A stretch of DNA of 25,094 nt from an uncultured cyanobacterium (GTDB lineage Bacteria > Cyanobacteriota > Vampirovibrionia > Gastranaerophilales > Gastranaerophilaceae). The stretch covers positions 1 through 25,094 of the forward strand of contig CAMAML010000001.1 in NCBI GenBank assembly GCA_945836835.1, written 5' to 3'. The notes under the pieces are model-generated. The model was not told the DNA's origin and searched no databases. It saw nothing but the letters and a program-made list of their open reading frames with translations. The position numbers and the translations under genes were made by a program. Shown here piece after piece: positions 1 through 7,350 of the stretch. Positions within the stretch are counted from its first letter, which is position 1. Each line of letters starts with the position of its first letter.

Positions 1-44
1 GGTTAAAAAATGTTAAAAAAGTGTTATAAATACAAGATTAGTGC

Positions 45-72
45 TTGCATTCAAATATTTTGCAAGTATTAT
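45..72 (+). promoter_or_regulatory. Possible sigma70 promoter for infA and the alpha cluster
   Basis: TTGCAT (45-50), 16 nt, TATTAT (67-72) in an AT-rich non-coding stretch, overlapped by the inverted repeat CTTGCA-N11-TGCAAG (44-66). Confidence 0.4.
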
Positions 73-138
73 ATAAGAGTGTCCCGTAAAATGGGACAAG
101 CATGCATATGTAGAAAATAGCCGAAAAAGAGGAAATAT

Positions 139-354
139 ATGTCTAAAGACGTAATAGAAATAGAAGGAACAATCATAGAATCCATGCCAAACGCGATGTT
201 TCGGGTGAAGCTGGAAAACGACCACGAAATATTGGCACACATATCGGGCAAGATTAGGAAGAATTTTATCAGAATTTTGCCGGGAGACAGGGTCAGGGTC
301 GAGATGACTCCTTACGATTTGTCAAGAGGCAGAATTACTTTTAGGCTCAAATAG
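139..354 (+). CDS. infA: Translation initiation factor IF-1
   Basis: 71 aa, [10 protein letters not shown]...MPNAMFRV...[19 protein letters not shown]...[11 protein letters not shown]; SD GAGGA. Confidence 0.99.
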   Translation: MSKDVIEIEGTIIESMPNAMFRVKLENDHEILAHISGKIRKNFIRILPGDRVRVEMTPYDLSRGRITFRLK

Positions 355-394
355 CGAAATCTCACGAATACAATTAAATATAAAGGAAAAAACA

Positions 395-508
395 ATGAAA
401 GTAAGATCATCGGTAAAGAAAATTTGCGATAAATGCAAATGTATCAAAAGAAAAGGAAGAATAGCAGTTATCTGCGAAAATCCCAAACACAAACAAAGAC
501 AAGGTTAA
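395..508 (+). CDS. rpmJ: 50S ribosomal protein L36, Zn-ribbon type; not in the ORF track
   Basis: Manual translation [37 protein letters not shown] (37 aa), CxxC...CxxxxH; SD AAGGA; canonical position after infA. Confidence 0.99.
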   Translation: MKVRSSVKKICDKCKCIKRKGRIAVICENPKHKQRQG

Positions 509-630
509 GCCTTGTTATGAGGGGTGGGACGGTTAGCCGTTTCGCTGCTCGAGTGCTTTAGGCGAGGGCAAGAATTTTGGATTTATGCAAAAAATTTAAA
601 AGACTTACAGACCGCTTGGAGTGAAAATTA

Positions 631-694
631 AGGAAGTGCCTGACTTGCGGGCGTAAAACGGCAGGTGGTGAGGAAGTATTTATGCCTCATGTCA
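631..694 (+). promoter_or_regulatory. Candidate structured cis-regulatory RNA upstream of rpsM
   Basis: 223-nt spacer. Helices TGAC(641-644)/GTCA(691-694), TTGC(645-648)/GCAG(661-664), TGAGG(669-673)/CCTCA(685-689). Contains the 16S-like words GGGCGTAAA and GCAGG. Confidence 0.45.
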
Positions 695-731
695 AAAAAA
701 ATCTAACAACAAGTAAAGGAGAAAATTAAAC

Positions 732-1097
732 ATGGCAAGACTGGTAGGGGTAGACTTACCTCGTAACAAAAGAATGATAGTCGCTTTGACATACATTTAC
801 GGTATCGGACCGAAAAGAAGCGAAAACATATTGAAAGCAACGGGAATTTCCCCGGATTTGAGAACCGACGACTTGACGGAAGAAGATATTAAAAACCTTC
901 GTCAAGAATTGGCAAACTACCACATCGAAGGTGACTTGAGACGTGAAGTTTCGATGCACATCAAGCGTTTGCAGGAAATCGGGTCTTACAGAGGCATGCG
1001 TCACAAACGCAACTTGCCTTGCAGAGGTCAAAGAACAAAGACCAACGCAAGAACCCGTCGTGGCAAGAAAAACGGTGCTGTTGCAAAGAAAAAGTAA
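732..1097 (+). CDS. rpsM: 30S ribosomal protein S13
   Basis: [14 protein letters not shown]...LTYIYGIG...GDLRREV...[26 protein letters not shown]. Confidence 0.99.
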   Translation: MARLVGVDLPRNKRMIVALTYIYGIGPKRSENILKATGISPDLRTDDLTEEDIKNLRQELANYHIEGDLRREVSMHIKRLQEIGSYRGMRHKRNLPCRGQRTKTNARTRRGKKNGAVAKKK

Positions 1098-1147
1098 GAT
1101 TACAATAATATAAATAAAAATAAGCAATAAGAAAAAGGATAATAAAA

Positions 1148-1534
1148 ATGGCAAGACCAACTAAAACTAAGAAAAAGGAAAAGAAAAACGTATTGCAAGG
1201 TGTTGTGCATATACAATCAACCTTCAACAATACAATAGTAACTTCTACCGACACGCAAGGTAATGCTATTGCTTGGGCAACCGCAGGTGCAAGCGGGTTT
1301 AAGGGTGCAAGAAAAGGTACTCCGTTTGCTGCACAATCGGCAGCCGAAATGGTAGCTAAGAAATCCATCGACCAAGGCATGAAAAAGGTTGAAGTTTACA
1401 TCAAAGGACCGGGTTCGGGCAGAGAAACCGCAATCAGAGCAATCCAAGCGGCAGGATTGGAAATCACTCTTATCAGAGACGTTACCCCAATCCCTCACAA
1501 CGGATGTCGTCCTCCAAAGAAACGTAGAGTATAA
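1148..1534 (+). CDS. rpsK: 30S ribosomal protein S11
   Basis: [12 protein letters not shown]...[14 protein letters not shown]...[18 protein letters not shown]. Confidence 0.99.
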   Translation: MARPTKTKKKEKKNVLQGVVHIQSTFNNTIVTSTDTQGNAIAWATAGASGFKGARKGTPFAAQSAAEMVAKKSIDQGMKKVEVYIKGPGSGRETAIRAIQAAGLEITLIRDVTPIPHNGCRPPKKRRV

Positions 1535-1550
1535 TCTTTGACGTTTCAAG

Positions 1551-1723
1551 GTTGTGCGTGCCACGAAATAAATTGGGCATGGCAGCCGAAAGTAAACCCC
1601 GTTTTCCGTTAAAAGTTTTGGGCGTAAAAGTTCCGAAATAGAAGGCGGGGGGGCGGGAAAAGAACAAGTGATAACGGTGGGGGCTTACGGTGTTAGCCGA
1701 CTCGTAAACCATAGATGCCCCAC
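1551..1723 (+). promoter_or_regulatory. Candidate S4 autoregulatory r-leader (16S rRNA mimic) upstream of rpsD
   Basis: 213-nt spacer with five 16S-like words in rRNA order. Helices TGCCA/TGGCA, CCCCGTTTT/AAGGCGGGG, GTGGGG/CCCCAC, TTACG/CGTAA. Confidence 0.65.
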
Positions 1724-1747
1724 AACAATGAAAAGGAGAAATTAAAA

Positions 1748-2350
1748 ATGGCTAGATATACAGGACCTTCAAACAAATTATTCAGAAATAAAAAGGTTAA
1801 GGATTTGTCAAACAGAAAATTGACATCATCCATGAGACAAAGTGCTTCGGGTCAACACGGTGCAGTCAGAAAGAAACTTTCCGAATATGCAATCCACTTG
1901 GCCGAAAAGCAAAAAATCAGATACACTTACCTCGTAAGTGAAAAACAATTTGAAAGATGCTACAATGAAGCAGCTCGCAGAAAAGGGGTTACGGGTACAA
2001 TCCTCCTCCAAATTATGGAATCGAGATTGGACAACGTTCTTTTCAGAGCAGGTTTCGGCATCACAAGAAAGCAATCGAGACAAATTGTTAATCACGGACA
2101 CGTTCTTGTTAACGGCAAGAAAGTTGATATTCCGTCATTTGCTGTTAAAGCGGGTGACGTAATCACTATTAAATCCAACAGCTCTCAATTCTTGAAATCC
2201 GTTATGGATATGATTGATATGGCTTGTGCTCCGGCTTGGATGACAATCGACAAAGAAGCTTTGAAAATCACTTTCGACAGAATTCCTGAAAGAGAAGAAT
2301 TGGATTCCGAAATTAAAGAACAACTCGTAATTGAATATTATTCTAAGTAG
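1748..2350 (+). CDS. rpsD: 30S ribosomal protein S4 (200 aa)
   Basis: MARYTGP...GQHG...KQKIRYTY...MESRLDNVLFRAGF...QIVNHGHVLVNGKKVDIPS...EQLVIEYYSK. Start set at ATG 1748 from SD AAGGAG and the family N-terminus. Confidence 0.99.
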   Translation: MARYTGPSNKLFRNKKVKDLSNRKLTSSMRQSASGQHGAVRKKLSEYAIHLAEKQKIRYTYLVSEKQFERCYNEAARRKGVTGTILLQIMESRLDNVLFRAGFGITRKQSRQIVNHGHVLVNGKKVDIPSFAVKAGDVITIKSNSSQFLKSVMDMIDMACAPAWMTIDKEALKITFDRIPEREELDSEIKEQLVIEYYSK

Positions 2351-2446
2351 TGGTTTAATTTAAGCTTTTTAATCGAAGCAAAGTTAATCCGAGTATCGCG
2401 GGTATAATCCCGAATAGTTATTAAAAAAAACTAGGAGATTAAAAGA

Positions 2447-3415
2447 ATGGAATTAAAAATTAAATGCGTTAATACTACAACAAGTTCAGACGGTTCTCAA
2501 TACGGAAAGTTCGTTATTGAACCTTTGGAAAAAGGGTTTGGTACGACAATCGGGAACTCTTTAAGACGCGTACTTTTGTCAAGTCTTGAAGGAACAGCCG
2601 TTACATCCGCAAGAATAGAAGGTATTACTCACGAATACACCGCTATTCCGGGCGTATTGGAAGACGTTATCGACGTAATGTTGAACTTGAAGGGGTTGGT
2701 TGTAAAGACCGATTCCAATGAACCTCAACATTTGCGTATAGACGTTGACAAACCGGGTGCTGTACTTGCCGGTGATATTCAATTACCTGCGGGCGTAAAA
2801 GTTGTAAACCCTGACTGGTTGATTTGTACGGTATCGGAAGGCGGAAGTTTCCACGCAGACATTATCGTAGAAACCGGTAAAGGTTACGAACCTCATGACG
2901 TGCCTCGTGATGCAAGAGGCGTTTCTATTGACGTTTTGCCTATCGACGCAACATTTATGCCTATCAAGAGAGTCAGCTACAACGTAGAAAACACTCGTGT
3001 AGGTGATTCTATCGACTTTGACAAATTGACTTTGGAAATTTGGTCAAACGGATCAATCGAAGTTACAACCGCATTGAGCCAAGCATCCAATCTGTTAATC
3101 GACCACTTCATGCAAATAGCCGCAATCACGGGGCAGCCTGTTGTTGCACCGGTTGCACCGGTTGAAGAAGTTGTTGAGGAAACGGAAACCGTTCCGACTA
3201 TGACAATCGAAGAATTGGAGTTGTCGGTCAGAGCCTACAACTGCTTGAAAAGAGCGAGCATCAACTCAATGGCGGAATTGTTGAAGAAATCGGAACACGA
3301 TTTGTTGAACATTAAGAATTTCGGTAAAAAATCTTCCGACGAAGTAATCGAAAGACTTCACCATTTCGGATTGGACTTAGCTCCAAACCCTGAAATCGAA
3401 GAAGAAATCGGTTAA
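2447..3415 (+). CDS. rpoA: RNA polymerase alpha subunit
   Basis: IEPLEKGFGTTIGNSLRRVLLSS...GVLEDV...DATFMPIKRVSYNVENTRVG; alpha-CTD IEELELSVRAYNCLKRA...IKNFGKKS. Confidence 0.99.
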   Translation: MELKIKCVNTTTSSDGSQYGKFVIEPLEKGFGTTIGNSLRRVLLSSLEGTAVTSARIEGITHEYTAIPGVLEDVIDVMLNLKGLVVKTDSNEPQHLRIDVDKPGAVLAGDIQLPAGVKVVNPDWLICTVSEGGSFHADIIVETGKGYEPHDVPRDARGVSIDVLPIDATFMPIKRVSYNVENTRVGDSIDFDKLTLEIWSNGSIEVTTALSQASNLLIDHFMQIAAITGQPVVAPVAPVEEVVEETETVPTMTIEELELSVRAYNCLKRASINSMAELLKKSEHDLLNIKNFGKKSSDEVIERLHHFGLDLAPNPEIEEEIG

Positions 3416-3470
3416 GTATTCGGGAAAATAAAGAAAACACAAAAACAAATAAATATAAGGAAAGACAAAA

Positions 3471-3899
3471 ATGAGACACATGACAAAAAAACATACGCTA
3501 AGCAAGGCAAAGGATCAAAGAGATGCCCTGTTGCGTGCATTGGCTACTGAACTTTTTGTACATGGTGAAATCAAAACGACAATGGCAAGAGCAAAAGCTT
3601 TGAAACCATATGCCGAAGCGATTATCACACTTGCTAAAAGAGGCGATTTGCACGCAATTCGTCAAGCGGCAAGACACATTTACAACAAAGAAACGGGCAA
3701 ATTCATCGACCTTAAGACGGGCGAAGTATTTGACGAAGCAGTTGCCGATAAAAAGTTAGCACCGCAAACGGTTTTGAGAAAGTTGTTTGTGGTAATCGGA
3801 AAGAACTACACCGACAGAAAAGGCGGATACACAAGAATTTTCAGACTTCCGCCACGTCGCGGTGATGCTTCCGAAATGGCTTTAATCCAGTTGGTATAA
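3471..3899 (+). CDS. rplQ: 50S ribosomal protein L17 with an internal insertion
   Basis: MRH...IKTTMARAKALK...IITLAK...VLRKLF...YTDRKGGYTRI...RRGDASEMALIQLV. Confidence 0.98.
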   Translation: MRHMTKKHTLSKAKDQRDALLRALATELFVHGEIKTTMARAKALKPYAEAIITLAKRGDLHAIRQAARHIYNKETGKFIDLKTGEVFDEAVADKKLAPQTVLRKLFVVIGKNYTDRKGGYTRIFRLPPRRGDASEMALIQLV

Positions 3900-3905
3900 G
3901 CCGTA

Positions 3906-4721
3906 ATGCGATATGCTTTAAGGGTTCAGTACATCGGAAAGAACTATGCCGGCTCGCAGTTGCAGTTGTGTAACGGAAAACCGATAGAGGGGCGTCCGAC
4001 AATACAGGGAGAACTCGAAAAAGCACTTTGTACTTTGATAAAAAACAACAATCGTAACTCTTGTGAAGAACCTTGCGGGACTTCGCAAGAAGGTACGGTT
4101 GGATATAAAAGACCGATAAAGGCAATCTTTTCCGGAAGAACCGACAGAGGTGTTAATTCAAAAGGGCAGATAATACATTTTGATACTGATGAACGTATTG
4201 TTGCTTCAAAGTTCCTGTACCAAATGAATGAAATTTTGCCCGATGATATTTCTGTCGACAGCTTAAGGGGAGTTGATGAAAAGTTTCACGCTCAAAAGTC
4301 CGCCAAAAGTCGTCATTACGTTTTCGAGTTTATCCACAGAAGATGTAAGGAGGCGTTTGACGGGGACTTGATGAGGATTAAGTATCCGATAGATATTGAT
4401 AGAATGCAAAAGTCTTTGGATTATTTAATCGGTGAACATGATTTTTCGAGCTTCAAAAGCTCCGGAACGCTTAACCCGAGCAAAGTTTGCACTATCACGA
4501 CCGCGACTTGTCGCAAGGTCGGTGATAGGGTTTTCATTGATATTGAAGGGAACAGGTTTCTTTATAATATGGTGAGAACGATAGTCGGCACGCTCCTTGA
4601 AATTGAGGGGCATAACTTACCTGCGGAACACATGAAAGAGGTTCTGGAGGCAAGGGATCGGACAAAAGCCGGTCAGACCGTCAGTCCGTACGGATTGACA
4701 CTTTTAGAAGTAACATATTAA
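3906..4721 (+). CDS. truA: tRNA pseudouridine(38-40) synthase
   Basis: [20 protein letters not shown], catalytic [45 protein letters not shown]. Confidence 0.97.
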   Translation: MRYALRVQYIGKNYAGSQLQLCNGKPIEGRPTIQGELEKALCTLIKNNNRNSCEEPCGTSQEGTVGYKRPIKAIFSGRTDRGVNSKGQIIHFDTDERIVASKFLYQMNEILPDDISVDSLRGVDEKFHAQKSAKSRHYVFEFIHRRCKEAFDGDLMRIKYPIDIDRMQKSLDYLIGEHDFSSFKSSGTLNPSKVCTITTATCRKVGDRVFIDIEGNRFLYNMVRTIVGTLLEIEGHNLPAEHMKEVLEARDRTKAGQTVSPYGLTLLEVTY

Positions 4722-4744
4722 ACAAATATAACGGAGTAAAAAGC

Positions 4745-5182
4745 ATGAAAACATATTCAGCAAAACCTCTACAAGTTGAAAGAAAATGGTATTTGATTGA
4801 TGCCGAAGGCGAAGTATTAGGTCGCTTGGCAACAAGAATTGCCAACATCTTGAGAGGAAAGAATAAACCTGAATACACCCCAAACGTTGACACGGGCGAC
4901 TTTGTTGTTGTAATCAACGCAGAAAAGGTTGTAGTTTCGGGTAAAAAAGAAACAGACAAAATCTATTTGCACCACACGGGTTATCCGGGCGGTTTGAAGA
5001 GTGCGTCTTTCAAGGAATTGATGGAAAAAGACGGCACTTTGGCTTTGACAAAGGCTGTAAAGGGCATGCTCCCTCACAACACTTTGGGTGCTGAACAGTT
5101 GACCAAGTTGAAGGTTTACGCAGGTCCGGAACATCCTCACGCAGCTCAAAAACCAATCGTTTTAGAAAAGGAGGCTAAATAA
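4745..5182 (+). CDS. rplM: 50S ribosomal protein L13
   Basis: [17 protein letters not shown]...[27 protein letters not shown]...VKGMLP...[16 protein letters not shown]. Confidence 0.99.
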   Translation: MKTYSAKPLQVERKWYLIDAEGEVLGRLATRIANILRGKNKPEYTPNVDTGDFVVVINAEKVVVSGKKETDKIYLHHTGYPGGLKSASFKELMEKDGTLALTKAVKGMLPHNTLGAEQLTKLKVYAGPEHPHAAQKPIVLEKEAK

Positions 5183-5577
5183 TGGCAGATAAAGAAATTA
5201 TGGCAACAGGCCGTAGAAAGACTTCTATCGCAGTTGTTAAGCTGGTAAAAGGCAAAGGCAGAATTTTCGTAAACGGAAAGACTTTGAGAAACTACATCGG
5301 CAACAGACCTGCCGTTGAGATGTTGGTTTACAGACCGCTTGTTTTGACCGACAACCAAGAAAATTATGATGTCAGAGTAAAAGCAATCGGCGGCGGTGTT
5401 GTTTCGCAATGCGGTGCAATCAGACACGGTATCTCAAGAGCTTTGGTAAAAGCTAACGAAGAATACAGAAACGTATTAAGAATGGAAGGGTTGTTGACTC
5501 GTGACCCTAGGGTTAAAGAACGTAAGAAATACGGTAGAAAACGTGCAAGAAAACGTTTCCAATTCTCAAAACGTTAA
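5182..5577 (+). CDS. rpsI: 30S ribosomal protein S9
   Basis: ATGRRKTSIA...GGGVVSQCGAIRHGISRAL...LLTRDPRVKERKKYG...ARKRFQFSKR; TAATG overlap with rplM. Confidence 0.99.
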   Translation: MADKEIMATGRRKTSIAVVKLVKGKGRIFVNGKTLRNYIGNRPAVEMLVYRPLVLTDNQENYDVRVKAIGGGVVSQCGAIRHGISRALVKANEEYRNVLRMEGLLTRDPRVKERKKYGRKRARKRFQFSKR

Positions 5578-5612
5578 TCGAAATTGCCTATTGTTTGGCA
5601 AAAACAGGAAAG

Positions 5613-5646
5613 AAAAGCGAACCGTTTTCAGCGGTTCGCTTTTTTT
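5613..5646 (+). terminator. Intrinsic terminator of the ribosomal cluster, potentially bidirectional
   Basis: AAAAGCGAACCG-TTTTCAG-CGGTTCGCTTTT, with the T-run continuing to 5646. Confidence 0.9.
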
Positions 5647-5669
5647 GTAGGAAAAATTACACATTCATC

Positions 5670-5698
5670 TTGACATGGGATTTTGTTTCAGGTAAGAT
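5670..5698 (+). promoter_or_regulatory. Sigma70 promoter for the Met-rich leader
   Basis: Perfect TTGACA (5670-5675), exactly 17 nt, TAAGAT (5693-5698); predicted TSS near 5705. Confidence 0.8.
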
Positions 5699-5724
5699 TT
5701 TTGACGTAAGCAATTAAAAGGATA

Positions 5725-5820
5725 ATGATTTTGAAAAACGGTTCGACAAAAATGATGTCTATGGCTATGATGAGCATGCAAATGATGATGTGCATGCTGG
5801 CTTTGACGTGTCGAATGTGA
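5725..5820 (+). CDS. Met-rich short peptide, putative attenuator leader peptide; not in the ORF track
   Basis: MILKNGSTKMMSMAMMSMQMMMCMLALTCRM* has 12 Met in 31 aa. AAGGA SD at 5718-5722 is 8 nt from the in-frame TTG at 5731 (alternative start MKNGSTK...). Lies between a promoter and a terminator. Confidence 0.7.
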   Translation: MILKNGSTKMMSMAMMSMQMMMCMLALTCRM

Positions 5821-5847
5821 GTTTTTTGATTTACATAAGATGTTGTT

Positions 5848-5884
5848 AAAGTCGGATTTGAAGATTTTCAAGTCCGACTTTTTT
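5848..5884 (+). terminator. Intrinsic terminator, putative attenuator
   Basis: 15-bp stem AAAGTCGGATTTGAA (5848-5862), loop GATT, TTCAAGTCCGACTTT (5867-5881), then further Ts; 35 nt before the next start codon. Confidence 0.85.
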
Positions 5885-5919
5885 ATTGAGTACGAGTTTT
5901 TAAAAGGAATTATGAAGAA

Positions 5920-7257
5920 ATGACTATAAATTTAGATTTAAACAGACCACAGAACCATACTAATTTTTCTTTTGGGGCAAACCCTAATCCCAAAAGGCTT
6001 TCACGTGAATTAACGGAAAATTTAAGTAGAGGGCAAAAGTTTTTGTCCAAAGTTATCGATTTGAAGGAGGGTGATTCGGGGCTTTCACATTCAAGGTTTG
6101 CACAAGCTACTTTGACAAACTGGTTTCCGAAAGCGATTTTTTCAAGAAGTATTGCGGACTTGTCCGAGGTAACGTTTTTGGAGGTAATGGAAGGAGCGTT
6201 GTTCTTCTATTTGCCATCGATAGTCGGGGAGCATTTGTCGAGGCGAAAGATTTTTAACAAATTTTTGCCAAAAGAACTTCATGACAGCGTTTCCAAACCC
6301 GTTGCAGCTATTGTGAAGGAGGGCGGGAAAAACGCACAAAAATTACTTCCCGTAAAGGCTGCTATCGTGTTAAGTTGTGCGGCAATTCCGGCAGCGGAGT
6401 ACGGGTTAAGTTTTGCAAAAAACCTTTTTACGCTGAAGGTTTTCAAGAAGGCGGATTTTACTTCGGTTGTGAACCTCGACAAGAGCAAAAAGGTTGATGA
6501 AAAGACTTCACAGGAAAGAGTTGAGAAGAGTGCTAAATCTCATCTTAAAAAAGTCGGAATTTTTTCAGGGTTAACTTTTGCAAGCAGCTTGCTTTTGGGG
6601 ACTTTAGGGCAGAAGAGCAAGGGGGTAGCGAAGGCATGCGAATATTTCTTAAACCCCGGTGAGAAGTTATACAAGGGGCTTTCCAAGGTGGGGGTAAATT
6701 CGCAAAAGCTCGAAAAATTTTTGAACAAGTACCTTAACCTCGATTTTGCAAGAAAATCCGACGGCGGACTGGCTCTCGGGCATGGTCAGCTTGCGGTGAC
6801 TGTTTTGGCGGGCGTTAAGGGGTATTTCGACGCGGCACACGACAGGGGAAAACTTGATGTACAGGAAGTTGCGACAAGGGTGCCGATTATTGCTCTTTAT
6901 ACGATTTTTGGAAGTGCTTTGTTTGACGAAGGATTTAAAAACCTGCTTTACAAGAATAAAAAGTACGCCGATATTCTAACCAAAAACGAGAAAACGGGCG
7001 AGTTTAGGGTTGCGGGATTGGATGAAATTCCTGAAATTGCCAAACGCAAGGTAAATTCTACGGACAAGCAGGCGATGGAAAAAGAGGTTCAAAAGTTGTT
7101 TAAGGGAAAAGCCGTAATTTCACTGGTTCCGTTCCTGTTCAGCCTCGGGGTTGTCGGGGCATTATTATCCCTTGTCAGCAGAATTTGGACACAACACAGA
7201 TACGACAAGTTGCAGGCACAAAAAGCAGGGAACAATCAACTTAAAACAGGTGCCTAA
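5920..7257 (+). CDS. Hypothetical multi-helix membrane-associated protein (445 aa)
   Basis: Long ORF with SD AAGGA, about 5-6 hydrophobic Gly/Ala-rich segments, no Sec signal peptide, no family recognised. Confidence 0.8.
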   Translation: MTINLDLNRPQNHTNFSFGANPNPKRLSRELTENLSRGQKFLSKVIDLKEGDSGLSHSRFAQATLTNWFPKAIFSRSIADLSEVTFLEVMEGALFFYLPSIVGEHLSRRKIFNKFLPKELHDSVSKPVAAIVKEGGKNAQKLLPVKAAIVLSCAAIPAAEYGLSFAKNLFTLKVFKKADFTSVVNLDKSKKVDEKTSQERVEKSAKSHLKKVGIFSGLTFASSLLLGTLGQKSKGVAKACEYFLNPGEKLYKGLSKVGVNSQKLEKFLNKYLNLDFARKSDGGLALGHGQLAVTVLAGVKGYFDAAHDRGKLDVQEVATRVPIIALYTIFGSALFDEGFKNLLYKNKKYADILTKNEKTGEFRVAGLDEIPEIAKRKVNSTDKQAMEKEVQKLFKGKAVISLVPFLFSLGVVGALLSLVSRIWTQHRYDKLQAQKAGNNQLKTGA

Positions 7258-7309
7258 GCCTTTCACTACAAGCGTTTTAGGGTGGGGTTGCACTAAAAGA
7301 TTATGTTTG

Positions 7310-7318
7310 TGCTATAAT
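7310..7318 (+). promoter_or_regulatory. Extended -10 promoter for thrB
   Basis: TGCTATAAT (TGn-TATAAT); TTGCAC at 7288-7293 with a 19-nt spacer. Confidence 0.6.
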
Positions 7319-7350
7319 TTTAAAAGAAAGAATGAGGATTAGCACAAAGC

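Noticed and set aside
1551-1630. Degenerate 16S rRNA gene fragment or chimeric assembly
   Set aside because: Only short words match and the spacers are unrelated; the flanking genes are intact and in canonical order, which fits a regulatory mimic better
1715-1747. N-terminal extension of S4 (MPHNNEKEKLK) in the ORF track
   Set aside because: The upstream ATG lies in a leader hairpin; the SD and family consensus support the start at 1748
2789-2800. GCGGGCGTAAAA inside rpoA, matching the leader words
   Set aside because: It encodes Ala-Gly-Val-Lys in frame; treated as a chance match and used as a caution on the 10-mer
5665-5871. Minus-strand His-rich 68-aa ORF (HAHHHLHAHHSHRHH)
   Set aside because: It is the reverse complement of the ATG run (CAT = His). 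Its TTG start lies inside the terminator hairpin with no SD, while the promoter, SD and T-tract all point to the plus strand. A His-rich metal-binding peptide is not formally excluded.
7151-7342. 63-aa plus-strand ORF bridging the orphan gene and thrB
   Set aside because: Overlaps the upstream gene out of frame, runs through the thrB promoter and has no SD
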